From an uncultured Actinomycetota bacterium (GTDB lineage Bacteria; Actinomycetota; Actinomycetes; Mycobacteriales; Micromonosporaceae), in NCBI GenBank assembly GCA_963736695.1, contig CAVTPU010000004.1:2139961-2203960 (forward strand): DNA of 64,000 nt, in the 5' to 3' direction. Below, piece after piece: positions 61,164 through 64,000 of the stretch. The translations under genes were made by a program, and so were the position numbers. Under the pieces are notes generated by a model. The model did no database searches and was not told the origin of the DNA. It saw nothing but the letters and a program-made list of their open reading frames with translations. Position 1 is the stretch's first letter. Every line of letters starts with the position of its first letter.

Positions 61164-64000
61164 GTCCCTCCTTCCTCGGGAGTGATCAATTGTATGCTCT
61201 CGGGGTGTAGCCGTCCGGGGTCAAGACGATATTCGGTGAGCGTGACGACTCCCCGTGCCGAGGTGTGAACGAGAAAGCACCTGACCTGGCCGTTGGCGAC
61301 GGCCTGTTGCATGGCGATCCCCAATGCAGGGTCCTCGCGCAGCGCCTGAGCTAGTTTGGGGTCAATCATCAACAGCTCCCGAACATACTCGGGGCTGCAC
61401 TGCTCGGCCTTGATAATGCTCGTTGGGTTGGCGGGGTCGGGCACATTGCGTGTCTCCCGCACAGCTCCGACACCTTTTTCTTCAACGACCAACAACACGG
61501 GAGTGCCGCTGTCGTCGAAGGCGATGCGGTCGAGATTTCCAGACGTCCCGGGGGCGTAGTCACCGCCGCTGACCAACCGATTGTTGGGGAATTCCTTGCC
61601 AATGGCATGGTCGCCGCCAGCGACGCCGAGGCGTTCGCTTGCGCGCACGAGGTCGACGGAGGCCGCAGTGTAGGCGGCGGCGGCATCGCCAGCTCGAATC
61701 CTGTCAAGCTCTGTCAAACCACCGGCCGTGGCGTGGTCCAGAGTTTGCGAAAAGGCTTTGCTGCCGAAGGTGTTGCGGTCGACGGTTACTCCCGCGTTGC
61801 GGAGCGCGTCGGCGACCGGCTCGACCTCGTCACGCCACACGGCCTCCTTTGCCGCAGCCGCGACTTCGCGATCGACGACGGCCTGCCGAAGCGCGACCGC
61901 CGTGGGCTCCGAGCCGTCGCTTGGGATGATTCGAGATTCTCCGGCGCGTTCGGCGACTGCTTGAACGCCCACGGGTGGAGGCTTATTGTCGTCGAGGACG
62001 AAGCCGGTGTCGCCGCGGAGGCGCCCGGTGGCGTCGCGCCACGTGTCGACGCGATCGCCGACGAAATGCATGTCTCCGTTGGCGTCGCGGAATAGCTCGC
62101 CGATGATGATCGTGCCGCGAGTTCCGGTGGGAGTGAGGTCCTCGGCGGCCCACCGTTGGGGTGTGGCCTCCGCTACGCCGCGTACGTCCCCCGATTGGGC
62201 CAGCTCTGTCGTTCCCGAACGAAGCTGAGGATCTTCCCCAGCACCCGATGGTAGTGTCCGTCCGCCTGACTGCCCTTCGGCGTCCCGCTCATTGACGCCT
62301 TGTCGATCACCAGGTACCTGTTCGGTTGGTCGATCAGGTGGAACTGATATTCGACCTCCTGACTGTCTTCCCGGATCTTCTGAAAATCTATCAGGATTGC
62401 CATCGGTCGCCTCGAACTTCTCCATTGGTCTCGGCTGCGTGCCGTCGTGTGTGGCAGCCAATGATTCCCAGTTGTAGTCCCGGTTGGCAGCCTGGTGCGC
62501 CTCCCGGTAGGTAGCCCCCGGATGGTCACGAAGATAGCGTAGTTCGGTCAGCTCATGCTCGAGCAGGACAATGTCGCTGGCACGAACCTCTCCGTCACGC
62601 ATCCGAGCCCACGCCTCGGCGATATCCGGGTCCGGGTCGAATCTGCGGTGGACGATGCCGCCTTCATAGTCGTCGAGCGCGTGTTCCTGGATCAGGAGGT
62701 GGTGTTTGACGTTGTTGAGTTCCTCGGCCGTGAACCCGGTCCGGCCATCGGCCCGCGCCACGTCAGCCAGATTGCGTGCCATCGCGTCGACGTCGTGGGC
62801 ATCCGCGCGGAAGCGGTCATAGGCCTCCGCGGCCCACACATCGGCGGCCGCGTCATCTCGTGGCCTTGTGGCCGCGCCCGACTGAGCAGCCGACGGATCG
62901 GAGTCGCCCTCAGCGACCGTGTGTTCCGGCCGGTTACCGGGTGTCCCGGTCGCATCGGACCGCTCCGCGTGATCAATGTGGACGGACTCCGGCGTCCGTG
63001 ATGTCGCCGTCTCGGCGTGCGCCCCTGCCCCAGCCGCCGGTTCCACCACCGGTTTGACCGCAGTGAGGCCCTCATACCTGGTCCTGTCGGTAGGTTGGTC
63101 GGCCCGAACCGGCTCCCGTACTGTCTCCCGAACGGGACCGACGGCGCTGTCCACGCCAGGACGGTCCGCGGGTCGCACCTGCCCGGTGCGGTCGACCCAG
63201 CCTTGACTCACTCGTTGGCCTGTTGTGTCAACCCGTTCCCATGCGATGCCACGACCGGGCGCGGCCGAGACCCGAACTCCGGTGGAACGGTCATGGGCAT
63301 CGAGACCAAGGCCCCGTTCGCTCCGCAGCGGTGTGACATCGTGGCCGATCTTCAACTGCCCAGGAACCTGGCACACCGACATCACATGACCCTGCACGCC
63401 GAAGACCGCTCCGGCAGCGGCGCCGTGCGCCGCGTTGTTAGCGATATTCCAGACATCAAACCGACCGGTACGCCGAAAGCCGTCAAGTTCGGTGCCGAGT
63501 CCGACAAGTCCACCGGCAACGCCTCCGCCGATGACGTGTCCGGCCAGCCCGCCAAACATTCCGGCGCCGAAGATTCCGCCCTGGATGGTCTGCCCCGCCA
63601 CTTGGCTGAAGTCCACACTGGACCTATGACCGGCCGCGACTTGCAGTGTCTGGCCGACCAAGTTTCCGCCGCCCATGAAACCGGCACCGAACAGTGCCCG
63701 CTTCCCCACATAGTTGCGAAGCTCTCGACTGAACGAGGTCTCGACAATCTGCCGGGCAGCACAGTCGCGAAGTGTTCGACGGGTGATCTCCTCGGCCATG
63801 GTGAACTCCGCGCGCCGAACCGCGGCGCCCGTCGCCGCCTCGGCCGCGGTGGTCACACCGAACCTGCGAAGGAGCTGGCCTTCGATCTCCGCGGCCAACT
63901 GCGTGCGCATCGCGTTCATGCTGCCGGCCAATACGGTGCTGGCCTCACGACCAGCGGCCTTCTCGAACGCGACGAGCGCCTCCTTGCCGGCCACCGACTG
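61160..64000 (-). CDS. Large polymorphic-toxin-like protein (5' end outside the window) with a Gly-zipper region, linker, helical module, linker and C-terminal PD-(D/E)xK-like module
   Basis: The ORF is open from the window edge to 61160. It contains GAGFMGGGNLVGQ...GGIFGAGMFGGLAGHVIGGGVAGGLVGLG. The C-terminal ...GNLDRIAFDDSGTPVLLVVEEKG... is nuclease-like. Codon bias is lower than in the core genes. Confidence 0.7.
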   Translation of the reverse strand, partial: QSVAGKEALVAFEKAAGREASTVLAGSMNAMRTQLAAEIEGQLLRRFGVTTAAEAATGAAVRRAEFTMAEEITRRTLRDCAARQIVETSFSRELRNYVGKRALFGAGFMGGGNLVGQTLQVAAGHRSSVDFSQVAGQTIQGGIFGAGMFGGLAGHVIGGGVAGGLVGLGTELDGFRRTGRFDVWNIANNAAHGAAAGAVFGVQGHVMSVCQVPGQLKIGHDVTPLRSERGLGLDAHDRSTGVRVSAAPGRGIAWERVDTTGQRVSQGWVDRTGQVRPADRPGVDSAVGPVRETVREPVRADQPTDRTRYEGLTAVKPVVEPAAGAGAHAETATSRTPESVHIDHAERSDATGTPGNRPEHTVAEGDSDPSAAQSGAATRPRDDAAADVWAAEAYDRFRADAHDVDAMARNLADVARADGRTGFTAEELNNVKHHLLIQEHALDDYEGGIVHRRFDPDPDIAEAWARMRDGEVRASDIVLLEHELTELRYLRDHPGATYREAHQAANRDYNWESLAATHDGTQPRPMEKFEATDGNPDRFSEDPGRQSGGRISVPPDRPTEQVPGDRQGVNERDAEGQSGGRTLPSGAGEDPQLRSGTTELAQSGDVRGVAEATPQRWAAEDLTPTGTRGTIIIGELFRDANGDMHFVGDRVDTWRDATGRLRGDTGFVLDDNKPPPVGVQAVAERAGESRIIPSDGSEPTAVALRQAVVDREVAAAAKEAVWRDEVEPVADALRNAGVTVDRNTFGSKAFSQTLDHATAGGLTELDRIRAGDAAAAYTAASVDLVRASERLGVAGGDHAIGKEFPNNRLVSGGDYAPGTSGNLDRIAFDDSGTPVLLVVEEKGVGAVRETRNVPDPANPTSIIKAEQCSPEYVRELLMIDPKLAQALREDPALGIAMQQAVANGQVRCFLVHTSARGVVTLTEYRLDPGRLHPESIQLITPEEGGT
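62173..62403 (-). CDS. Nested 76-aa ORF in an alternative frame of the toxin gene (candidate immunity/antitoxin-like protein)
   Basis: The ATG at 62403 has GAGG 6 nt upstream, and the TAG stop is at 62173. GC3 is 59/76 in this frame against 28/76 in the toxin frame (hand count). Peptide: MAILIDFQKIREDSQEVEYQFHLIDQPNRYLVIDKASMSGTPKGSQADGHYHRVLGKILSFVRERQSWPNRGTYAA. Confidence 0.55.
   Translation of the reverse strand: MAILIDFQKIREDSQEVEYQFHLIDQPNRYLVIDKASMSGTPKGSQADGHYHRVLGKILSFVRERQSWPNRGTYAA

Overview
High-GC (by eye about 70%) actinobacterial chromosome, densely coding and mostly on the minus strand. I saw no rRNA, CRISPR array, transposase or integrase. The long arginine-rich ORFs in the six-frame track that lie antisense or out of frame to the real genes are GC artefacts. 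Content from left to right: (1) a conservon operon cvnA-B-C-D (1-4988). (2) A nucleoside salvage block with a uridine-kinase-like gene, add, deoA, cdd and a BMP-type ABC importer (5145-15842). (3) An alpha-glucoside block with two GH13 enzymes flanked by two LacI regulators (16480-22608). (4) A core block whose gene order matches the Mycobacterium tuberculosis Rv1002c-Rv1019 region: trpS, pth, rplY, prs, glmU, tRNA-Gln, TetR, ABC-F, ispE, ksgA, tatD, metG, rsmI, pmt. Three things interrupt or follow this core. (a) A roughly 10 kb envelope-glycan island lies between rplY and prs. It has five translationally coupled genes (three GT2 glycosyltransferases, a Wzx-like flippase and a 760-aa polytopic membrane protein), plus a beta-propeller protein, a CE4 deacetylase, a GH16 hydrolase and a small Cys/His-rich ORF. 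(b) After pmt come a WGR/beta-propeller protein, a PNPOx-DinB fusion and a GH99-like lipoprotein. (c) At the right edge (59253 to beyond 64000) is a lower-GC polymorphic-toxin island: a large toxin gene running off the window, translationally coupled downstream immunity-like genes, and YbjN-like and SseB-like genes. The most unusual observation is a 76-codon gene with its own ribosome-binding site and normal codon bias, nested out of frame inside the uninterrupted toxin ORF. It sits exactly between two toxin modules. Other points worth a second look: a frameshift in the essential metG next to a (GACGGC)n repeat, a 70-bp nested perfect palindrome in a divergent promoter region, identical 42-bp direct repeats flanking a 15-bp-stem hairpin upstream of the WGR gene, and tandem duplications at the stop codons of tatD and metG. 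All coordinates, motif calls and GC3 figures are hand-derived from the sequence. No database search was run.
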